From Candidatus Thorarchaeota archaeon (GTDB lineage: Archaea > Asgardarchaeota > Thorarchaeia > Thorarchaeales > Thorarchaeaceae): 64,000 bases of DNA. Shown piece after piece: positions 38,687 to 46,807 of the stretch. The notes beneath the pieces are model-generated. The model had not been told where the DNA came from and did no database searches. It saw only the letters and a list, made by a program, of their open reading frames with translations. The translations under genes were made by a program, and so were the position numbers. The DNA is taken from the NCBI GenBank assembly GCA_004524445.1, contig SDNP01000011.1, forward strand, positions 1-64,000. Reading direction: 5' to 3'. Every line of letters begins with the position of its first letter. Positions within the stretch are counted from its first letter, which is position 1.

Positions 38687-39751
38687 TTGGTCAGCAAAAA
38701 ACAACTCGATACTCTTGATGCCCGCATGATCCATGATGCGCTTTTACAGCAACAAGAAGATCGCGGCATCAGATGTCTCACCTGCAGTCATCGTTGTGTA
38801 ATTCCCGAGGGTAAAACTGGAATCTGTGATACCCGTGCAAATATCGATGGTACAATCAAGACCTTAGTTCATGGAAACATATCTTCTCTGAGCAGTAATC
38901 CTGTTGAAAAGAAACCTTTCTTTCACTTTGCACCAGGTACGACAGCGTTTACCGTGGGAAGCTGGGGGTGCAACGCATCTTGTGAGTTCTGCCAGAATTA
39001 CTCAATATCCCGTGCTTCACCCGTTTCCAAGTCATCACGCTACCTGAGTCCAGAGGGGTTCATAGATGCAGCTCAACAGGAAGGAGCGGAGGGTATCTCC
39101 GTTTCATTCAATGAAGCGGCAACCCTTATGCTGGAGTGGAATATGGAGGCCTTCAAAATCGCACATGAAAGAGGGTTGTATAACACCATAGTATCCAATG
39201 GTTACATGACAACACAGGCACTTGATGCGTTGATTGATACGGGTCTAGATGCTGCAAATGTGGATATGAAAGGATGTGGACCCGCAGTCAGAGAGATATG
39301 TGGCATCACAACCGAACCAGTTTGGGAAAATATCATCCACATGAAGGAAAGAGGAGTGCATACAGAAGTCACTACACTGGTTGTGCCTGGACTCAGCAAT
39401 GATGAGGAATGCTTGGAGAGTATTGCGTCACGTATCAAAGATGATGTTGGCAAGGAAACACCATGGCATTTGAGCAAATATTTTCCTACGTATAAATACG
39501 ATGAACCGCCAACCCAACTTAGCACTCTGCTAGCAGCTCGGAACAACGGACGAGATATCGGGCTGGAACACGTCTATATTGGAAATGTTAGGGAACCAGG
39601 TCTCGAAGACACAATCTGTCCCAGTTGTGGAAAAATCTGTTATGAAAGAAGAGGGTATCTCTCAAGAAACACCGGAACGGATCAATCTGGACAGTGTGAC
39701 AAATGTGGCTATGACCTTGGTATTAAATTCTGGCCGTCCGAAGAAGAATGA
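38687..39751 (+). CDS. amrS: AmmeMemoRadiSam-system radical SAM enzyme
   Basis: CLTCSHRC..GIC..R.N, PVEKKPFFHF.PG, GCNASCEFCQN, SFNE, YFP.YK, VYIGNV, T.CPSCG. Confidence 0.85.
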   Translation: MVSKKQLDTLDARMIHDALLQQQEDRGIRCLTCSHRCVIPEGKTGICDTRANIDGTIKTLVHGNISSLSSNPVEKKPFFHFAPGTTAFTVGSWGCNASCEFCQNYSISRASPVSKSSRYLSPEGFIDAAQQEGAEGISVSFNEAATLMLEWNMEAFKIAHERGLYNTIVSNGYMTTQALDALIDTGLDAANVDMKGCGPAVREICGITTEPVWENIIHMKERGVHTEVTTLVVPGLSNDEECLESIASRIKDDVGKETPWHLSKYFPTYKYDEPPTQLSTLLAARNNGRDIGLEHVYIGNVREPGLEDTICPSCGKICYERRGYLSRNTGTDQSGQCDKCGYDLGIKFWPSEEE

Positions 39752-39774
39752 AGCCGTAAGAATGGTGTCGAGTA

Positions 39775-40386
39775 ATGTGGTTCATCATATCGTTAATTGG
39801 TGCTCTAGTTCTCATGCCGTTGCATTTCATCTCGGTTGAGCATCAGAAGCTTGAGAAGCGATTTGGAGAACATAGGGGCCGAAGATTGGGAAATATTATG
39901 GGAATCATATCAGGATGGGGGTACTTCATATTTCTCTCTGGTCTATGGTTATCTCCTCAACCGAGGTTATTCCTGCCAATGGAAGTAATAGGCAGATTCT
40001 CAATTCCCATAGTTGGCATAGAAACCTCATTGGTCAGTATTATTCTTGGTTTCCTATTTCTGTTGCCCGGTGCATGGCTTGGGTTGCGTGGCGTCATAGA
40101 TCTAGGGCTGTATGTGTCAGAAACCCACAGACCAGAGAAACTTGTCACAACAGGGATATATCAGAAAATAAGGCATCCACAATATCTGGGTGCAATTCTC
40201 TCTCATATAGGGATTAGTATAATGCTCTCATCCTTATACTCCATTCTAGTGACACCTGCTCTCATGATTCGAGACTTTCTCATATGTAAGAAGGAAGATA
40301 GTGAGCTGGCTAAAGAGTTCGGGACGGAATATGAGGACTATCAAGACAAAGTCCCCATGTTTCTCCCGAACAAGAGCTCAGAGTAG
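39775..40386 (+). CDS. Isoprenylcysteine carboxyl methyltransferase / PEMT family membrane protein
   Basis: LVTTGIYQKIRHPQYLG and EDSEL..EFG.EY.DY..KVPMF. Confidence 0.85.
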   Translation: MWFIISLIGALVLMPLHFISVEHQKLEKRFGEHRGRRLGNIMGIISGWGYFIFLSGLWLSPQPRLFLPMEVIGRFSIPIVGIETSLVSIILGFLFLLPGAWLGLRGVIDLGLYVSETHRPEKLVTTGIYQKIRHPQYLGAILSHIGISIMLSSLYSILVTPALMIRDFLICKKEDSELAKEFGTEYEDYQDKVPMFLPNKSSE

Positions 40387-40421
40387 CACAAACCTGGATG
40401 CCTATTGGCAGCCATTATAGG

Positions 40422-40787
40422 CTAGTCTATGCCAATTTTGGACGCCACTTTTACCAACACAAATGCAACAAATGCGATTATGATGAAAGTGACTAACTCA
40501 CCAGCGAATGCACCAACTCCGAATGGCCCAATGGCAATCGCTTGCCAATCAACCTCGGGAAGTACGAGTTCAACTATTGGCATGACAATGTGGTCAACCA
40601 AAGCGCTAACGACATTTCCTAAGTAAATTGCAAGGATGAAAGCTACAGCAAGCCCAAGAACCTTGTACTTCTTCAGAAATGTCACAAATTCGTCTACGAA
40701 GTTGTCAGGGGGTTCTGGAGGAGGTGCGGGAGTGAGGAGTTTCCGTATTTCTCTCAATTCTTCTAAAATCTGGTCGTCTGTTGCCAT
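40422..40787 (-). CDS. mscL: Large-conductance mechanosensitive channel family protein
   Basis: EFVTFLKKYKVLGLAVAFIL..VVSALVDHIVMP and GAF..LVTFIIIAFVAFVLVK. Confidence 0.85.
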   Translation of the reverse strand: MATDDQILEELREIRKLLTPAPPPEPPDNFVDEFVTFLKKYKVLGLAVAFILAIYLGNVVSALVDHIVMPIVELVLPEVDWQAIAIGPFGVGAFAGELVTFIIIAFVAFVLVKVASKIGID

Positions 40788-40864
40788 GACATTCCACCGC
40801 GAATACTAGGGAAACATAATGGGTATTAACTTAGATATAGTTCTTCTGCACAAAAAACATCTGT

Positions 40865-41155
40865 CTAGAGGAGATACTGTATAGGCAACAGCCCGATGAT
40901 AGCTAGAATAGTCCCGAATAGAAGATGTTTTCTGTTTCCTGTCTTCCTTCCCCATCTTAGAAGCGCGCCACCTACACCGATGCATAATGAAAGAGTGGCA
41001 TAGAGCCATACCAATCTAACCAGCGGAATGCCATACAGAATAAAACGTAGAAAGATGCCTAGAAGCGTATAGATTGAAACATCTCTCACAATCATGTCTT
41101 CGATCTCGGGCATTCTTAACAGCACACTCATTTGTTTTGCCTTAGTAGTAGTCAA
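40865..41155 (-). CDS. Hypothetical membrane protein
   Basis: Three hydrophobic segments. Start uncertain. Confidence 0.45.
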   Translation of the reverse strand: MTTTKAKQMSVLLRMPEIEDMIVRDVSIYTLLGIFLRFILYGIPLVRLVWLYATLSLCIGVGGALLRWGRKTGNRKHLLFGTILAIIGLLPIQYLL

Positions 41156-41207
41156 AAGGATTGCCTTGTAACACCAATATAGTTGTCGTTTTTTAATAGA
41201 AACAAAG

Positions 41208-41226
41208 GAGGGCCAGCGAGGCCCTC
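41208..41226 (-). terminator. Hairpin + U-rich tract after the TspO-like gene
   Basis: Minus strand GAGGGCC-TCGCT-GGCCCTC followed by CTTTGTTTCTATT. Confidence 0.55.
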
Positions 41227-41243
41227 ATGTTGCATGACCAGAA

Positions 41244-42071
41244 CTACTGACTCGTTCGCATCAGATAGTAATCGATTATACTCTCTTTCTTGATAATTGG
41301 AATGGCAAGTATTGCAATCAATACTAGGACTGCTGTGGCAATGGCAGTGTAGCTGATCAACGCAATTGCAGCCTGTTTAATGGCAATTCCAACACTTGCC
41401 CAAATCACAACCAGACCATATGCAAAATCGTGCCGTAAGAATATCATCGATAGTGTAATGACCAATGCAATGATGATGACTGCAACCGTCCATAGTTCCT
41501 GAATCATTTGAGGAATTCCAGGAATCAAGACATTGAGTACGGATGCGGTGCTGGCAATAGTGGCAAGCGAAATCCATCCAACATAGACGCTGACTGGCAA
41601 ATGCACTGCTAGCTTCACACCAAGGGGAACCTCCGTTTCACCAATGCCAAGTCGCACATAGGTGAATAGAAGTGTAACCAGTAGGAGGACTATTGGCAAC
41701 TCGGATAATACAAATAATGTTGGGTTACCAAACGAATAGTGGAATACTATCAGCCAAGAAATATTGAAAATTGCACCCACCAAATATAGGAAACTGATAT
41801 CCTGAAGATACTCTTTTCCTCGTTCACTAGGTCTAACCTGGTAGATTGCGAAAGTAGCTAGAAGGATGTAGATAACTCCCCAAATCGCAAATACATAACC
41901 AGGGGGTGTGAATAGATTAGGATAAGAGTCTGCTACTTGACCAGTATTGACCCCGTTGAGAGGTAAAATGTTGGCCAGTGAATTGAAAACTATGGTTCCA
42001 AATATTGACACAATGTTAATAATCTGAAGGACCAGAGGGTTCGTTCTTGAAGACATGGAATCATTAACCAT
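41244..42071 (-). CDS. TspO/MBR-like tryptophan-rich membrane protein
   Basis: NSLAN.LPLNG.NTG.V.D.YPNLFTPPGYVFAIWGVIY, NISWL and SVYVGWISLAT. Confidence 0.75.
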   Translation of the reverse strand: MVNDSMSSRTNPLVLQIINIVSIFGTIVFNSLANILPLNGVNTGQVADSYPNLFTPPGYVFAIWGVIYILLATFAIYQVRPSERGKEYLQDISFLYLVGAIFNISWLIVFHYSFGNPTLFVLSELPIVLLLVTLLFTYVRLGIGETEVPLGVKLAVHLPVSVYVGWISLATIASTASVLNVLIPGIPQMIQELWTVAVIIIALVITLSMIFLRHDFAYGLVVIWASVGIAIKQAAIALISYTAIATAVLVLIAILAIPIIKKESIIDYYLMRTSQ

Positions 42072-42251
42072 GGTTAATGCATAAAAGGGTAACGCTTGAA
42101 TTCCTCATTTCTAAGAGTAAGCAAAAATTCTCGTGCATTCGCCTCAATCATGCTAGGAAGTAAATAATCTTCATGATGACAGAATAAAGGATAAAACATG
42201 CGCTCCTTTAAGAAGTGATAAGATTCTAAGATAAAACGGAGCAAGTGTGGC

Positions 42252-43313
42252 ATGGCAACTGAGCCGATAAGAAATGACGAATCAATGTTGAAGGAGGTCT
42301 TCTTGATAGATGAGGGCCTACTTCAGTTTCATTATAGCAACGATTCTTCGGCCAGCGAGGATGATAAGGCGGTTCTTTCTTCGGGGCTGCTCACCGCGTT
42401 GCAGGACTTTAGCAGCCAAGCAAGATCTGGATCTCTGGAATCTTTTCTGACAGGTGATGAGTACTTTCTGTTTACAAAATGCCCAGAAACCGACAGAGTA
42501 GTTGTGGGAGTTTTTCATCGATTGGCTCCAGAAGAATTAGCTCGCGAGTCTCTTGAGAGGATTCAAGAGGTATTCAAGAGCGCTGATATCCCTGATGCAT
42601 CCGGAAAACAACTGCCGGGTGATGAAAAACAAAGGCTCAGGAACCTCATAAAAGAGATAGGCATTCATCTATTTGACAAAGAGTATTTCGAACTGCATAT
42701 TGAAGAGCTGTTGAAAAATAGAAGCGACATCCCCTTGGCATTTCTTGTAGATACTACAGACAATTCGCTAGTTACACACTTTGCCCGACCCAAGCCACTC
42801 TTTCGGAAGAGCCAGCTGGATGATTTCCGTCTACTCTATTCAACTCTAGAAAAATCTCTAACAAGCCTTGGTATTGCCACTGAGTATTCCTATTTCATAA
42901 TCAAATCACAAGGCTATTCAGCTGCTTCATACAACTCAGTTCGATTTGCAAGCGTCGCTAGTGGAGCTATGAGAATCGATTCTGATGCGGTATTAGATGT
43001 CGCCATAAAAATGTGTGTTCCATCCGGTGAAATCCCGGATATGGCAGATTTAGACCAAGGAGAAATAGAAGGCGTTTCGCTGTTATTCAATAATGGAATC
43101 CTGAAGCATGAGAGGGGAGAAAGACTTCCGTCTATGAGCCAAGTATATCTCTCGACTCTTGTCAATAATGCTGATGCGTTCTTCAAATCAGTCAATCGAC
43201 GGGTCTTTACGAGATTCGATGTGTTCGGAGGAATAGCCCAACCAAAGAGCATATCATTAATCCGAGAAGGGGATGGTAAGTCTCTAAGAGTCGAAATCAG
43301 ACGTTTTCAATGA
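42252..43313 (+). CDS. Protein with N-terminal longin-like domain and two further longin/roadblock-like segments
   Basis: MLKEVFLIDEGLLQFHY..LSSGLLTALQDFS..LESF..YFLF..VVVGVF..ESLERIQEVF follows the longin beta-beta-alpha-beta-beta-beta-alpha pattern. Confidence 0.6.
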   Translation: MATEPIRNDESMLKEVFLIDEGLLQFHYSNDSSASEDDKAVLSSGLLTALQDFSSQARSGSLESFLTGDEYFLFTKCPETDRVVVGVFHRLAPEELARESLERIQEVFKSADIPDASGKQLPGDEKQRLRNLIKEIGIHLFDKEYFELHIEELLKNRSDIPLAFLVDTTDNSLVTHFARPKPLFRKSQLDDFRLLYSTLEKSLTSLGIATEYSYFIIKSQGYSAASYNSVRFASVASGAMRIDSDAVLDVAIKMCVPSGEIPDMADLDQGEIEGVSLLFNNGILKHERGERLPSMSQVYLSTLVNNADAFFKSVNRRVFTRFDVFGGIAQPKSISLIREGDGKSLRVEIRRFQ

Positions 43314-43372
43314 AGCGAATGGCAATCCATTTTAGTAAGCAATACTCTAGTCTATTGACGGACGAGTAGCTC

Positions 43373-44113
43373 ATGGAACAGACACCTAAGAAAATGACTT
43401 CAGATGATGAAGGCTCGCAGTTGGACGCTGTATTCCTTTACATGGGGATTCTCGATGCGTATGAAGCTGTGGGAGTTGAGTTGATAGGGCCGGATGTCCT
43501 CGAGAATCATGTTCTCCCTCGAATGGTATACTATGTTAGAGAGTTCTTACCTGAGGTGTTCTCGGATCGTGCCAACGAACAGGATTTAGCTGCTGAACTA
43601 CAGGCATTCTTGACGAACTTTCGTCAACGCGTTGATGATGCACGTGGATCTGGAACAGCTGAGGGTTTGAACATGGAAGGCATATGGAAATTGAGAGCTG
43701 CCATTTTTGGCTATGAGAGTGTCTTCATCAACATTCTGGGTGAGGCAGCAATCAGGGATTATGTGTTCATACGAATAGCCGACATTCTTTCGGCCTATTT
43801 ACCCGATAACCTTTTGGATCCGAATAGCCCCTTGGAAAACAAACTGCGAGAGTATGCCAAATTTCTAACGGATCATGATTTTGTAAAATTTGCACGGGTA
43901 GAATCCAAGGGAGATACTATAGTAGTTGCAACCAACAACTGTGCATTTTCAAGAATCCACGATTCAGAAGCATACACAAACCTGAATGTGCGATTCTGTC
44001 CGTGGGGGATGATTGGTTCAGCAATCGTAGCAGCCCACGAAGGCAAAGAAACAGTTCTTGAGTCGAGCTTGTTCACCACAAGAGGAAGTGTAAGTAATAT
44101 CGCAAAGAAATGA
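43373..44113 (+). CDS. V4R/MetOD-like small-ligand-binding domain protein with duplicated helical N-terminus
   Basis: C-terminal VVATNNCAF..FCPWG..SAI. Internal repeat YE.V....G..V..R..(F/Y)LP. Confidence 0.55.
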   Translation: MEQTPKKMTSDDEGSQLDAVFLYMGILDAYEAVGVELIGPDVLENHVLPRMVYYVREFLPEVFSDRANEQDLAAELQAFLTNFRQRVDDARGSGTAEGLNMEGIWKLRAAIFGYESVFINILGEAAIRDYVFIRIADILSAYLPDNLLDPNSPLENKLREYAKFLTDHDFVKFARVESKGDTIVVATNNCAFSRIHDSEAYTNLNVRFCPWGMIGSAIVAAHEGKETVLESSLFTTRGSVSNIAKK

Positions 44114-44131
44114 GATAGGAGTGGAAAGATA

Positions 44132-44560
44132 ATGCAAATGATAACTGGTGACCAAATCGCTACAATAGTATTTGTAATAGAAACCATTGTATTCATTTCC
44201 ATAATGATTGGATGGATATATGGCTCTAAACGGATGGATTATGACACCCACCACAGGATGATTTATCCAGCTGTGTTGATTCATCTGATCACCGTAAGCG
44301 CATGGATGATACCGCGTGCTATGCAGCTCGCCGAAGAAGGACTATTCGCAGACCCTATAGCCAATTGGTATCAGATTGTCCATGATGTAGTGGGCTTTGT
44401 CGCAATAGGCCTGGGAGTAGTATTAGCAGTGACTTTTCTTGTCAAGTCGGGAATGCCACTAAATATTCTGCAAAAAGCCAAACCATTGATGTGGTTGACA
44501 CTTGCTTTATGGTTGGTATCGTTTATTCTGGGTATTATTGCGTACCTAGCTCGGTTTTGA
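44132..44560 (+). CDS. DUF420-like 4-TM membrane protein (possible haem b ligands)
   Basis: GW..K..THHRM, IHL, VHD..G and LWLVSFILGI..Y. Confidence 0.6.
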   Translation: MQMITGDQIATIVFVIETIVFISIMIGWIYGSKRMDYDTHHRMIYPAVLIHLITVSAWMIPRAMQLAEEGLFADPIANWYQIVHDVVGFVAIGLGVVLAVTFLVKSGMPLNILQKAKPLMWLTLALWLVSFILGIIAYLARF

Positions 44561-44644
44561 TACCACAAAAGCAGTCAAAATGTAAATGGTGCAATAGCTC
44601 TGGTGCCACAAAACGTATAATCAGAAATGGACTATTGAGTACCG

Positions 44645-44977
44645 GTGCATGTTTTGGCCTCTACTACCTACGGACGGCTGTCCCCCATCCAACTTGATGA
44701 ATTGAAAAAGCTCAAAGAGATCAAAGAAGCTTTAGATAGGCTGAAACGAAAAGGTATCTCTGCGGATATCCCCATCTGCCCCGTCTGCAAGAACCATAGA
44801 CTTGTCAGGCTAACATCATATTATGACTTGGGCTATATTGGAAGCTTCCATCCAGCTTACTACTGTCTTGATTGTGGTTGGTATGGCAGGACAACTATCG
44901 TCATGTCCAATAGACCTGAGAAGAATGAAGTTCTTGAAGACATGATATTTGCCTTCTCAGACCTAATGGAAGAGTAG
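44645..44977 (+). CDS. Zinc-ribbon protein
   Basis: ICPVCK...YYCLDCGWYG. Start uncertain. Confidence 0.7.
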   Translation: MHVLASTTYGRLSPIQLDELKKLKEIKEALDRLKRKGISADIPICPVCKNHRLVRLTSYYDLGYIGSFHPAYYCLDCGWYGRTTIVMSNRPEKNEVLEDMIFAFSDLMEE

Positions 44978-44999
44978 TTCAATAGTTCTGCGACCGGCT

Positions 45000-45299
45000 T
45001 TATTCTTCATCGATTCGAGTTAGCTCGAAAATTACGGGGTTGAAGCCATCTGGACAAGCATGTGTTGCTGAACATTGATCTTCTAGCCATGGAAATCTTG
45101 CATTGTATGTCATGGCGTACACTTTAGGCATCATTGAATAGAGGGCACTTAGACATATTTTGCCCTTCACTTCTTCACCTGTGAAGATTATCTCATCCCC
45201 AACTTTGTGTCCCGCTGCACACTCACCCTCTTGAGAAATGACGCTACACCGAATCTGCCAGGGTTTCTGTCTAATGCATTCTTCATTCATGGGGTTCAT
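45000..45299 (-). CDS. TIGR04076 family protein
   Basis: GECAAGHKVGD, ICLSALYSM.P, ACPD..NPVIFEL.R. Confidence 0.85.
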   Translation of the reverse strand: MNPMNEECIRQKPWQIRCSVISQEGECAAGHKVGDEIIFTGEEVKGKICLSALYSMMPKVYAMTYNARFPWLEDQCSATHACPDGFNPVIFELTRIDEE

Positions 45300-45549
45300 C
45301 TCTTTCGAATTATATTCTGAGCTCCCATATAGACTTTGTACCTGCGGTGAACTAGCATTCAAACCATGATTGTACTTCTGTCTTTACGAGGTCGGATTTC
45401 TCCCTATCCACCAACGGGTAAATGCCATAACAATCTATTGTGGTCATTTCTTTGGGATGAAACTCTCTCTATGCTATTCCATTTCGCTGATCCTCTAAGG
45501 AAATGGCTAGTTCTATGATGACGCCCTCGTGTCCGTGAAGCCTATTTGT

Positions 45550-46230
45550 TTAACTAGATGATTCAGGCCTCTTGGTTTTTTTGTAGTAGTCACAAATTGA
45601 GCGTAGAAAGCAAATATCACATTTTGGTGATCGAGCCTTACAAATTTCTCTTCCGTGTTTCACAAGATTGTGATTTAGAGAATAGATGCAGTTTTCGGGA
45701 ATAATCTCCTCAAGGAGAGGCTGGGCCTGCTCTCGGGAAGTATTGTGGGAAATCAGACCCAGTCTTTTTGTAACTCTCCAAACGTGCGTATCAACAGGAA
45801 GGGTGGGTTTCCCAAAGCAGAATAATAGCACAATAGAGGCAGTCTTTGGGCCTACTCCATGAAGCGAAGTCAACCAGTCCAAGGCCTCATCTCTATCCAT
45901 GTGGTCTAGAAGGCCGATATCGAGTCCACCTACACGCTGTTTAATTTCTCCTAAAGATGCCTGGATCCGTTCTGCCTTGATGCGGAAGAACCCCGAAGAA
46001 CGAATCGTATCTGCAACTTCTGATTGAGGAGCCTCTAGGACTTCCTCCCACGTGTCATAGGCTTCCTTCAGGGCGTGGTAACCTCTATACATATTCACAT
46101 TGGATGTGTTCTGGCTAAGAATTGTCAAAACCAACTCGTCAATGGGAGGCAGGTTTCTTTCTACAACCACATCACCATAATGGTCTATGAGTTGTCTACA
46201 TACGGTTTCTGCCTTGGATTTGAAATCGAT
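45550..46230 (-). CDS. nth: Endonuclease III (HhH-GPD, [4Fe-4S]); probable ATC start
   Basis: ELVLTILSQNT, L.GVGPKTA, PVDTHVWRV.KRLG and CKARSPKCDICFLRSIC. The N-terminal helix DFKSKAETVCRQLIDHYG lies upstream of the track GTG. Confidence 0.9.
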   Translation of the reverse strand: MDFKSKAETVCRQLIDHYGDVVVERNLPPIDELVLTILSQNTSNVNMYRGYHALKEAYDTWEEVLEAPQSEVADTIRSSGFFRIKAERIQASLGEIKQRVGGLDIGLLDHMDRDEALDWLTSLHGVGPKTASIVLLFCFGKPTLPVDTHVWRVTKRLGLISHNTSREQAQPLLEEIIPENCIYSLNHNLVKHGREICKARSPKCDICFLRSICDYYKKTKRPESSS

Positions 46231-46319
46231 ACTAGGTTCCTCCTTTACTCCATGCTATCGTCAGATGTCTATTCAGAAACGTTTAGTTAAGGGTAATATC
46301 AGTTATCTTTTGATTCACG

Positions 46320-46736
46320 ATGACAGTTCTTGTAATTTACGAAACTACCAGGGGCCGAACAAGAGCAATGGCGGAAGCAATATGCAAAGGCGTTGAGTCG
46401 GAGGGCAAAACCTGCAATCTGGTGGAGTCCAAGAATTTTCGGAGCCTTGGAGAGCCATGCGCCATTGCGATGGGGAGTTCAACGAGGATGAAACGGATTC
46501 TACCAAAATTACGAAGGGTTCTTGCGGAATTGCCAGATCTTCCCGGCACTCCTGCGGCAGCATTTGGCTCTTACGGCTGGAGTGGAGAGGCACCTGATAC
46601 AATTGCAGAGGAATTGAAAAAATCGGGCGCCGTATTGGTTGAAGATCAGCCCATAAAAGCAAAAGACTACCCCAGCGAGGAAAGCCTCGAAAGATGCAAA
46701 GAACTGGGTGTTGTTCTAGCTAAACACTGTGACTGA
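46320..46736 (+). CDS. Short-chain flavodoxin-like protein
   Basis: IYETTRGRT..MAEAI, MGSST, AFGSYGWSGEA. Confidence 0.85.
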   Translation: MTVLVIYETTRGRTRAMAEAICKGVESEGKTCNLVESKNFRSLGEPCAIAMGSSTRMKRILPKLRRVLAELPDLPGTPAAAFGSYGWSGEAPDTIAEELKKSGAVLVEDQPIKAKDYPSEESLERCKELGVVLAKHCD

Positions 46737-46807
46737 TTGATATTCTTTTGATGTCGATGTCACAACTCTTATCATTCAAAGCCTGATTTCCAAGGGAGAG
46801 CGGCAAA

